This document shows positions 17,885-25,856 of a stretch of DNA of 64,000 nt, piece by piece. This stretch comes from Candidatus Latescibacterota bacterium (GTDB lineage: Bacteria > Latescibacterota > UBA2968 > GCA-2709665): positions 4,032,001-4,096,000 of the forward strand of contig OZ250150.1 in assembly GCA_965237675.1 (NCBI GenBank), in the 5' to 3' direction. Made by a program: the position numbers and the translations under genes. How positions within the stretch are numbered: the stretch's first letter is position 1; each line of letters opens with the position of its first letter. The notes under the pieces are model-generated. The model worked only from the letters and a program-made list of their open reading frames with translations, searched no databases and was not told the origin of the DNA.

Positions 17885-19039
17885 TTACCGGTTCTTCAGT
17901 TCGGACAGAATAGAGAAAATCTCGCTGTTCGCGCGAATCGCTTCTTCACCATCGGGAATCGTGCGCTGGTGACAAGCCAGGCAGACCTCGCGCAATTCCA
18001 GTTTGTGGCAATTCGTACATCCTTTCACGTTGCCGTACGGCGCGAAAAATGGCGCCTCTCGTAAGTGAAAGGCCTGGGCCTCGTGACGCCCGGCGGGGCT
18101 GTTGTGTCCAACGGTGCTGGTTACGCCTTCTCTCTCATGGCAATCCTGGCAGAACGCCCTGAGCTTATGGCAGGAAGCGCAGTCCACGATCCTTCCCGCG
18201 ACGTCGTCTCCGTGGTTGCCTCGAAAATCCGCGGTTATCTGGATAACCTTCAGGTGACGCTCGGGCCGAAGACTGTCGAATTCTCCAATTAAATCCGGCG
18301 TACCATCGTAATTGACGTCCATGAATCCCATGCGGTCGCATCCGCCGAAGTGCCATTTAAAGGCGAGGGACCTTGCATCGATCACAACGCCGGTGTTAAT
18401 GGCAATTTCAAGATCGGCGTCTTCATCGAGGTTCGCAACGACCAAACTTTCCCCAAGCAGCGTCTGTTCGCTTCTTCTCTCTTCCGCCAGGTGCTTGCCA
18501 TCGTAGACGAACAGACGGGAAACCAACTCTCCGGATGCGTCCTCCGCTTCCCCCAGAAAGATCATCTCCAGTTGAGAATCGCCGTCCATGTTCTCAATGG
18601 CCATCGTCGAGATCGTTACGTACTCATCCTCCTTACTCCGCCAGATCAACTCGTACGTTTCCGCGCTGTAGATTACAATGTCGCCCCAATACGAATACGC
18701 GATGATCTCGAGTGTGCCGTCCGCATTGATATCGATCACAAATACCTGCGCCACTGAAGATTTGAGAGATTGGCTAACCCAGATCTCCCGGGATTGACCC
18801 TCCTGAAATTCGAGCACGTGCAATAAGCCCTGCCGGTCTCCGTACACCAGACGCCTGTCGGTTTCACCGCTGGGGGGAATGATTCGAACGGTGCGCATTT
18901 CAGAAAGTGCGCCACCGAAGGAGATATCTTCGCTCTGTCCCCATTGGAACCATTCCAGGTCTCCTGCGTGCGCAAGCGTCAGCCCCACGCACAAACAGGC
19001 CAACACCCAAAATACATTTCGAATAAACGTGCCCCTCAC
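17885..19039 (-). CDS. Secreted FG-GAP repeat protein fused to a tetraheme c-type cytochrome domain
   Basis: Signal peptide ending ...LAHA; DINADG, NMDGDS, NLDEDA, DVNYDG repeats; C-terminal CASCH, CQDCH, CTNCH, CLACH. GTG start 19039 with GGAGG. Confidence 0.85.
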   Translation of the reverse strand: MRGTFIRNVFWVLACLCVGLTLAHAGDLEWFQWGQSEDISFGGALSEMRTVRIIPPSGETDRRLVYGDRQGLLHVLEFQEGQSREIWVSQSLKSSVAQVFVIDINADGTLEIIAYSYWGDIVIYSAETYELIWRSKEDEYVTISTMAIENMDGDSQLEMIFLGEAEDASGELVSRLFVYDGKHLAEERRSEQTLLGESLVVANLDEDADLEIAINTGVVIDARSLAFKWHFGGCDRMGFMDVNYDGTPDLIGEFDSLRPERHLKVIQITADFRGNHGDDVAGRIVDCASCHKLRAFCQDCHEREGVTSTVGHNSPAGRHEAQAFHLREAPFFAPYGNVKGCTNCHKLELREVCLACHQRTIPDGEEAIRANSEIFSILSELKNR

Positions 19040-19052
19040 GCCTGGCCTCCGC

Positions 19053-19958
19053 TCAGAACAGACTGAGATCAACGTTGAGATAGCGTTTGGGGTCCTGTCT
19101 GATCGATTCGATCAGGCTGTCCACCGACGTAAGAGTACGCTGAAGATCCATATATATCCGATCGTCGTGGACCAGACGGCCCAGCGTCCCTTCGCCGCGG
19201 CGCAGTTTTCCGCTCACTTCGTTCAGATCTGACAGTGACTTCCCGAGCGATTCCAATACCGTCTCCATATTGCGCGCCACCCCATCCATCCTCTCGGTCG
19301 CGCGCCGAATATTCTGGACAACCTGGCGCACCTCCGGCCGGTTCTCGCCTAGTATGCCCCGTGCGTCGCGTGCGGCCGCGGCCGCGGTATCCAGCACGGC
19401 CGCGAGGGTCTCGCGGTTCTCCGAAAGGGTCTGCTTCAGATGCACGGCCGTACTATCCATATTCGCCAACAAGGCCTCGACGTGGGTGAGGTTCCTTTCG
19501 GCAAGCACCGCTTCCAGCCGCTCCGCCAGCGAACTGGCATGGTCTGTCATCTCTTCAATGCCACTTCCCGTCAACCCCTGAAGCGTGTCGTGGTCGGCAT
19601 AAACCCGATCAGAGTCCGATCCCACCTGCACGTCGATCAATTTGCCCCCCAACAATCCCTCCGCCCGCAAAAAAACCTTCGAATCTCCCGGGAGATTTCG
19701 AAATTTCGCAAAGCCGATACTCACAAGAGGCAACCCGTCCGTGAGTCTGATTTCAAGGACCTTGCCGGCCCAAACGCCCCGGATGAACACCGGGTCGCCG
19801 GGTTGCAAACCGGGCACGCTATCGAAAAAGACATGCAACTGATAACCACCGGCAGCCCCGGCGTAATTCTCCGACAACCAGGCCGCACCCAGGACCGCAA
19901 TCGCAATCGCCAGAAAAATGACGGCGCCCAGAACCATCTGTTTTTCTCGGCTGATCAT
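19053..19958 (-). CDS. mlaD: MlaD/MCE family protein
   Basis: N-terminal TM helix; FDSVPGLQPGDPVFIRGVWAGKV, GLLGGK; long helical tail ending GEGTLGRLVHDD...PKRY. Confidence 0.9.
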   Translation of the reverse strand: MISREKQMVLGAVIFLAIAIAVLGAAWLSENYAGAAGGYQLHVFFDSVPGLQPGDPVFIRGVWAGKVLEIRLTDGLPLVSIGFAKFRNLPGDSKVFLRAEGLLGGKLIDVQVGSDSDRVYADHDTLQGLTGSGIEEMTDHASSLAERLEAVLAERNLTHVEALLANMDSTAVHLKQTLSENRETLAAVLDTAAAAARDARGILGENRPEVRQVVQNIRRATERMDGVARNMETVLESLGKSLSDLNEVSGKLRRGEGTLGRLVHDDRIYMDLQRTLTSVDSLIESIRQDPKRYLNVDLSLF

Positions 19959-19970
19959 TCGTCACCTACT

Positions 19971-20726
19971 TCAGATTCTACCCTGAACGAACAGGTCATA
20001 GACATCGTTTCCGCTCCTCGCAATTTCCTCGGGAGTACCTTGAATGGCTGTTTTGCCATTGTAGAGCAGGGCAATCCTGTCCGAAATCCTGCGGGCAAGC
20101 GGCAGATCGTGGGTAACCACAACCGAGGTTACGTCCAGCTCACTTTGAAGTTTCAATATATAGTCGCCCACGACAGTGGCCGTGCCCGGGTCCAAGCCCG
20201 TTGTTGGCTCGTCATAAAGGATGAAATCAGGTGACATTGCAATTGCCCTTGCCAGTGCCACACGCTTCCGCATACCGCCCGACAGTTCGACGGGCATTGT
20301 CTTTTCCGCCCCCGAGAGCCGAACGGCGTCAAGGCATACCCTGACTCGTTCTCCGATTTCCTGTTCCGACATTCGCGTATGCATACGCAGCCCGAATGCC
20401 ACGTTCTCCTTTACATTCATTGAATCGAACAGCGCCGCGGACTGAAAAAGCACGCCGACTCGCTTTCGCAGTTCTTTCAGGTCTTTCTTCCTGATGGTAT
20501 TCATATCGTGACCGTCCACGGTCACACGCCCGTCGTCTGCCTGTTCGATGCCGATAATATGTTTGAGCGTCACACTCTTGCCGCATCCGCTGGGCCCCAG
20601 AATGGTGGTGACTTCCCCCCAACGGACCTCCAGATCCATCCCTTTCAGGACCTCCAACTCATCGAAACGCTTGTGCACTTCTTCGAATTTGACGGCAACG
20701 CCATTCTTTGCCATTTTTCTTCCCAT
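19971..20726 (-). CDS. mlaF: MlaF/Mkl ABC ATPase
   Basis: GPSGCGKS, LFQSAALFDSM, LSGGMRKRVALARA, YDEPTTGLDP, VVTHD. Confidence 0.95.
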   Translation of the reverse strand: MGRKMAKNGVAVKFEEVHKRFDELEVLKGMDLEVRWGEVTTILGPSGCGKSVTLKHIIGIEQADDGRVTVDGHDMNTIRKKDLKELRKRVGVLFQSAALFDSMNVKENVAFGLRMHTRMSEQEIGERVRVCLDAVRLSGAEKTMPVELSGGMRKRVALARAIAMSPDFILYDEPTTGLDPGTATVVGDYILKLQSELDVTSVVVTHDLPLARRISDRIALLYNGKTAIQGTPEEIARSGNDVYDLFVQGRI

Positions 20727-20781
20727 TCACCGATACCCCAGGGCGGGAGGACTCAAACCCGAATTGAAGGATAAAACGGTA

Positions 20782-21603
20782 TCAATAAAGCAATGTCTTG
20801 GTGAGAAAATAGTCGAGAATCAATATTGAGGCCGCAGAAATCACCACAGCCGCCGTCGCCGCACGGCCCACGCCCTGCGCCCCACCCGTTGCCGAAAGTC
20901 CGGCGTAAGAACCGTAAAAGGTGATCAACCCCCCGTAAACCACGGACTTGATCAGGCATACTACGAGATCGTACGCACTGAAGTCCAGCTTCATTCCCTT
21001 CACAAAATCCGCAACCGTAATATCCATTAGAAGAATGGACATCACATAACCTGCATAGATCGACGTGAAGGCAGAGAATACAACCAGCACGGGAATCATA
21101 ACGATGCCGGCGAGCACCCGCGGCATGAGGAGGTAACCAACCGGATCCACTGCAAGGGAAACCAGCGCATCCACCTGTTCAGAAACCTTCATTGTGCCCA
21201 CTTCCGATGCAATACCAGCACCCACCTGACCCGCCAGAACCAACCCCATGAGAATCGGCGCCAGTTCCAGCAATACGGAGCGGACAACGATGCTGCCCAC
21301 CATATAGTCCGGAACGTATTCCTCCATCTGGTAGGCCATCATTGTGGATACGGCCATTCCGCTGAAAGCCGAAACAAGGATGACCAGAGACAACGAATTC
21401 ACGCCAACCGAGTAACACTGTTCGACGATCTGCCGCCTGTAGAAGTAGACGTTTGGCAGTTCGCCAAGAAGCCGCCGAAAATATCCGTACATCGAATGCG
21501 TCTGCAGAAAAAAACGGACGGTCTTGAGGCCCAGAAATTCGAACATTCGTAGCACAGGAATCACCCTGAAAAGGGGACCGGCCAACCTCTCGAGCGCGGG
21601 CAC
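20782..21603 (-). CDS. mlaE: MlaE family ABC permease
   Basis: ELAPILMGLVLAGQVGAGIASEVGTMKVSEQVDAL, PRVLA, GAQGVGRAATAAVV. Confidence 0.95.
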   Translation of the reverse strand: MPALERLAGPLFRVIPVLRMFEFLGLKTVRFFLQTHSMYGYFRRLLGELPNVYFYRRQIVEQCYSVGVNSLSLVILVSAFSGMAVSTMMAYQMEEYVPDYMVGSIVVRSVLLELAPILMGLVLAGQVGAGIASEVGTMKVSEQVDALVSLAVDPVGYLLMPRVLAGIVMIPVLVVFSAFTSIYAGYVMSILLMDITVADFVKGMKLDFSAYDLVVCLIKSVVYGGLITFYGSYAGLSATGGAQGVGRAATAAVVISAASILILDYFLTKTLLY

Positions 21604-21952
21604 CCTCCACGCACCGCGTACCGTGAATGCCGCAGAATTTTTCGAGAACGGGGCTCGATTTGCACCCCGCGCGGTACCGGCGCTGGACGCGCAGACCAGC
21701 GATTCGGAGGTCGTATACGGTTTTCGAAAAATACGGCTCAGGCGCCTGAATCCTGCAAACAGAGGAGCGGGGGCGCCAAGCCGAAATCATTCACAATTTA
21801 ACGATTAATTCCGGTAGGATCAACGACTTTATATTTCTTGTGCATTGCCGATTCCGCAGGTAAACCAACCCACCGTTCAGGTCTCGGTGCCAGCAACAAA
21901 AATGCGGGTGAGGAAAAGCCCCCTACCCGCACGTTCTGGCGCCGCTGCCGAT

Positions 21953-21984
21953 GCCTGCCTGCCGCGCCCGCGGCGCAGGCAGGC
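21953..21984. repeat. GCCTGCCTGC...GCAGGCAGGC palindrome after the sigma-factor stop
   Basis: 10-bp inverted repeat; related CCTGCCTG arms occur inside the 28121 and 48124 elements. Confidence 0.5.
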
Positions 21985-21988
21985 GGCA

Positions 21989-22858
21989 TCAGACCTGGTC
22001 CTGCCAGGTCTCTTCGACGCGCACGCGCTGTTTGAAATAACGGCGCAGTTTTCCCAGGGCACGATTTCGGATCTGGCGTACCCGTTCTCGTGTGACGCCA
22101 AGTTCTCTGCCGATCTCGCCGAGTGTCCTGCGCTCTCCGTCTCCGAGGCCGAAATAGGACCGTATGACGTTTGCCTCCCTGGTGTCGAGACTGCCCGCGA
22201 GGGAGGCGGTGATCAGTTCGTTGCGGTCCCTCTCCAGAACTTCCAGATCCGGATGGGCTTCTTCGCAGTCGAGGACCTGCAACAGGGTCTTTTCTCCTTC
22301 CGCATCGATGGGAGATTCGAGGGAGAGGTCAGTCCGCGCGCAGCGAAGCGCGCGTTCCGCGCGCTTTCGGCTAATTTTCATATCACTTGCCACTTCGTCC
22401 ACCGTGGGCACCCGCCCCAACTCCTGGGTCATCTGCCCCCACCGCCGGGCCATGCGATCCATATCCTCCTGCCGGTTGGCCGGCATGGACACCGCCGACG
22501 TGCGTTTCAGCGCGTTCAATATTGCCTGGCGTATCCACCAGACGGCATAGCTGATGAACTTGTACCCCCGGGTTTCGTCAAACCGGTTCAGGGCCTCCAT
22601 CAACCCCATGTTGCCCTCGGCGATCAGATCGGAAAGCGGCACCCCGCGGCCCTGGTATTCGAGGGCAACGCTGACCACAAAACGCAAATTGGAGGTGACG
22701 AGCCGCTCGATCGCCTTTGGATCGCCTTTCCGGGCACGCGTCAGGGTTTCCTTCTCCTCTTTGCGCGTCATGGGCGGATACCGGCGAAGTTCCTTCAGGT
22801 ATCGCTGTACGGTGGCGTCGTGAGGCAAACGCTTCTTGGTGGGTTCCCTAAAATCCAC
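21989..22858 (-). CDS. RNA polymerase sigma factor, RpoD/SigA family, lacking region 1.1
   Basis: Region 1.2 YLKEL; region 2 SNLRFVVSVA...DLIAEGNMGL...FISYAVWWIRQAI; region 4 TLGEIGRELGVTRERVRQI. Start uncertain (ORF open to 22990). Confidence 0.92.
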   Translation of the reverse strand: MDFREPTKKRLPHDATVQRYLKELRRYPPMTRKEEKETLTRARKGDPKAIERLVTSNLRFVVSVALEYQGRGVPLSDLIAEGNMGLMEALNRFDETRGYKFISYAVWWIRQAILNALKRTSAVSMPANRQEDMDRMARRWGQMTQELGRVPTVDEVASDMKISRKRAERALRCARTDLSLESPIDAEGEKTLLQVLDCEEAHPDLEVLERDRNELITASLAGSLDTREANVIRSYFGLGDGERRTLGEIGRELGVTRERVRQIRNRALGKLRRYFKQRVRVEETWQDQV

Positions 22859-23078
22859 GGCGGATAACAACCCCTTTGCGGCTTCGATAACTTGGCTCCG
22901 TCTCACCGGCGTTTCCGGAGAGGCTATGGAGCGACGTACGCTTTTCACGATTTGGTAACACGAAAGTTCCACTTTCTTCAGGCACCCCACGGGGTGGCAC
23001 GCCCACGATCAATCCTTATCCCCGGGGTTCCGTTCTAAATCAGATACGCCGAATTCGCACGACGTGCGGCACATAACG

Positions 23079-23113
23079 AAAAAGGCGAGCGGTCGAATAT
23101 TCGACGGCTCGCC
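23079..23113 (-). terminator. Terminator after tRNA-Arg
   Basis: GGCGAGC.GTCGAA/TTCGAC.GCTCGCC stem followed by TTTTT on the minus strand. Confidence 0.75.
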
Positions 23114-23124
23114 CTCGACATGCA

Positions 23125-23202
23125 TGGTGGGACATACAGGATTCGAACCTGTGACCTCTGGTTCCGGAGACCAGCGCTCTATCCAGACTGAGCTAATGCC
23201 CC
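23125..23202 (-). tRNA. tRNA-Arg(CCG)
   Basis: GGGGCAT acceptor, CTGGT-CT-CCG-GA-ACCAG anticodon arm, GGTTCGAATCC, CCA. Confidence 0.98.
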
Positions 23203-23363
23203 GACGGGATACAGAAAACGGTCAGGATTTCTTGTGCCGATCTCTTCTGCGACGTTTTTTTCGCTTGTGGGTTGCGATCTTGTGGCGCTTTCGTTTTCTT
23301 CCGCAGGGCAAGAGATACACCTCCTCGTCAAACTATCGATGGTGCGACACGGGTTCGGCCCGC

Positions 23364-23642
23364 TCAATGACCCGTGAGGCCCGCCCGCAGTTCCCTGGAA
23401 GGCTTGAAAACCGGTGCGGGGCGTTCTGGAATCTTAACGATGTCGCCCGTTTTGGGATTTCGTCCTATCCGGGGTGCCCGGGTCACGACCTTAAACGTCC
23501 CAAACCCTCGAATTTCGATGTGCTCGCCATCTTGCAATGCCGCCACAACCGAGTCGAGGAAACCCTCCACGACAGCCGCCGTATCCGATTTCGGCAACCC
23601 CGTGGCCTCTGCGATCTGATTGACGATATCGGCTTTGGTCAC
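23364..23642 (-). CDS. HU/IHF family DNA-binding protein
   Basis: (M)TKADIV...IEIRGFGTF...GRNPKTG...PVFKPS; GTG start. Confidence 0.95.
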   Translation of the reverse strand: MTKADIVNQIAEATGLPKSDTAAVVEGFLDSVVAALQDGEHIEIRGFGTFKVVTRAPRIGRNPKTGDIVKIPERPAPVFKPSRELRAGLTGH

Positions 23643-23714
23643 CGAATCCCCTTTCGAAACTGGAGTGTGACTCAACGAATAAACGACCGGCCGAATTGGT
23701 TCGGACAAGCGACA

Positions 23715-23743
23715 AGGATATACAAATGGAGGCGCTTTGTCAA
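23715..23743 (-). promoter_or_regulatory. Sigma70 promoter for HU
   Basis: TTGACA-17-TATCCT. Confidence 0.6.
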
Positions 23744-23754
23744 CAAAAAACAGC

Positions 23755-25539
23755 TTACTGAGACTTTCCGCCGATGTATTGGAGCTGGTGAAGCCGGTGA
23801 TAGATGCCCTTTCGCGCTAACAAAGCCTCGTGTGTACCCGCCTCTCGGATTTCACCTTTGTGCAGGACCAGAATTCGGTGGGCGTTCCGGACCGTTGATA
23901 TTCGATGCGCGATGACGATGGAAGTCCTTGTCCGCATCACTCTGCCTACCGCATCCTGAATCCAGGCCTCCGTTTCCGTATCTACACTGGACGTGGCTTC
24001 GTCCAGGACCAGAATGTCGGGCTCAAACGCGATCGCCCGGGCAAAAGCAAGCAACTGGCGCTGTCCGCCGGACAGGGTGCCGCCCCGTTCGGTCACGGCA
24101 TGCCGATATCCCTCGGGCAGACGTCTGATAAACCGGTCTGCGTTCACGTCCCTGGCGGCCTGTTCGACTTTCCTCTGCGAGATCTCCGTGTTTCCCAGGC
24201 GGATATTCGCTTCAATATCCCCTGAGAACAAAAACACCTCCTGCTGAACGACGCCAACACGTCGCCTTAATACGTCGACGTCCCACTCTCGTATGTCAAT
24301 CCCGTCAATTCGAATCCGACCGCGCTGAACGTCGTAGAATCTGCACAGCAGATTGATAACGGTCGTCTTTCCGGAACCCGTCGCGCCGACAATAGCCAGC
24401 CGTTCTCCGGGTTTCACAATGAACGAGACGTCCTTCAGTACCCATTCATCTTCGTTATAGGCAAACCAGACATTCGAAAATTCGATTTTACCCTTGATCT
24501 TCTCCGGCCCCGCGTCGTCACGGCTGGGCTCGGGCTCCGTATCCAGAAGTTCAAAAATTCGCTCCGACGAAGCCATCGCCGCCTGAAGAATCGCATACCG
24601 TTCAGCGACATCCAGAATAGGCCAGAAGAACCGCGGGATGTACTGCAACATGGCGACCAACGCGCCCCACTCGATCTGAGACCGGATCACGTCGTTGCTA
24701 CCCTGCCATATCACGAGCGCCGTAGCCACGGAGCCAAGCAACTGCATAATTGGAAAATAAAGCGAATAGTATAACGTCGACTCCAGATTTGCGTTCAGGT
24801 ATCGGCCGTTGATCTCGTCAAAGCGATCCGTATGCCGGCCTTCGCGACCAAAAAGCTGCACCACCGACATACCCGTGATGTTTTCCTGTAAATAGGCGTT
24901 CAAACGCGCCAACCGGCTGCGCGCAAGGCGAAAAGCCCGCAACATGCGGCCCTGGAACCAGAACGTCACGGCAAACATCACGGGCACGGTCCCGCAGACC
25001 AGCAGCGCCAGTGAAACGTCCATGTAGAACATATACGCCACAATCGCGATCAGCGTGAAGATATCGCTGAACACGGCCACCACCCCATCCGTAAACAGTT
25101 CGTTTAGCGCGTCCACGTCATTGGTGTTACGGGTCATCAGACGACCGATGGGTGTGCGGTCGAAGAATCGGATGGGCAACCGCTGAAGGTGCGAAAAAAT
25201 CGCTTTCCGGACGTCATACATCGCCCACTGTCCAACCATCTGGGTGACCAGCCTCTGAGCGACGTCGGCCAGGAACTGAAACACAAGCAGCCCCACAAAC
25301 ACCAGCGCAATCCGGTTCAAGCCCGCCATATCGCCCGTAAGGATATGGTCATCCACTGCAATCTTGCTTAAATAGGGGCCCGCCTGCCTGGCTGCCGACG
25401 TAAGGAGAATCAGCGCAAACGCGACAGTCACCCAGAACGCATACGGCTTGAGATAACCCAGAAGACGCCACATCAGCCGCGCATCGAACGGTTTTTCGGT
25501 TACTTCCTCTTCGTGCATATCAAGGGTCGGGTCAGCCAT
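23755..25539 (-). CDS. ABC exporter TMD-NBD half (MdlB/YheH-like)
   Basis: Six-TM domain followed by GATGSGKT, LSGGQRQ, LDEATSSVD, IAHR. Confidence 0.95.
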   Translation of the reverse strand: MADPTLDMHEEEVTEKPFDARLMWRLLGYLKPYAFWVTVAFALILLTSAARQAGPYLSKIAVDDHILTGDMAGLNRIALVFVGLLVFQFLADVAQRLVTQMVGQWAMYDVRKAIFSHLQRLPIRFFDRTPIGRLMTRNTNDVDALNELFTDGVVAVFSDIFTLIAIVAYMFYMDVSLALLVCGTVPVMFAVTFWFQGRMLRAFRLARSRLARLNAYLQENITGMSVVQLFGREGRHTDRFDEINGRYLNANLESTLYYSLYFPIMQLLGSVATALVIWQGSNDVIRSQIEWGALVAMLQYIPRFFWPILDVAERYAILQAAMASSERIFELLDTEPEPSRDDAGPEKIKGKIEFSNVWFAYNEDEWVLKDVSFIVKPGERLAIVGATGSGKTTVINLLCRFYDVQRGRIRIDGIDIREWDVDVLRRRVGVVQQEVFLFSGDIEANIRLGNTEISQRKVEQAARDVNADRFIRRLPEGYRHAVTERGGTLSGGQRQLLAFARAIAFEPDILVLDEATSSVDTETEAWIQDAVGRVMRTRTSIVIAHRISTVRNAHRILVLHKGEIREAGTHEALLARKGIYHRLHQLQYIGGKSQ

Positions 25540-25582
25540 TCAGGGTTCACACTCCGCGGCAAATACGGATTCCAGTTGCTTA

Positions 25583-25856
25583 GAAGCTGTTCTAAAAATC
25601 CTGGGGCGTTCCCGAGCGCGAGCGATAAGGTGTCGGTCCACGCGGGCGAAGGCGCCCGTATCCAAAGATACGGGTGGATTTGACCAACGACGACCGACGC
25701 TTTTGCAGCCGCGTGAAGACCGATAGGAGTCTGCGCTTCAGAACCGACTTGAACACTGAAATATACTATATATAGTGTCCGAAAGTATATTATTAACTAT
25801 ATATAGTATGGTAGGTTTTCTGCGGCGCAGACTCCTAGGGGTTTTAAGACAGCTTC
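25583..25856. mobile_element. MITE (274 bp) inserted at the TAA stop of the upstream ABC gene
   Basis: Imperfect TIRs GAAGCTGTTCTAAAAATCCTGGG / GAAGCTGTCTTAAAACCCCTAGG; TTA direct repeats at 25580-82 and 25857-59. Confidence 0.75.
25763..25809. promoter_or_regulatory. Tandem NrdR-box-like operators
   Basis: ATACTATATATAGTGT (25763-78) and TAACTATATATAGTAT (25794-809), 31 bp start-to-start; 15/16 and 13/16 matches to acaCwAtATaTwGtgt. Confidence 0.7.

Noticed and set aside
23064-23915. 283-aa plus-strand ORF
   Set aside because: Overlaps tRNA-Arg and HU in antisense.
25761-25810. Replication origin, dif site or gammaproteobacterial SOS box in the AT-rich patch
   Set aside because: No DnaA boxes, XerCD arms or CTGT-N8-ACAG; the tandem NrdR-box pattern fits better.
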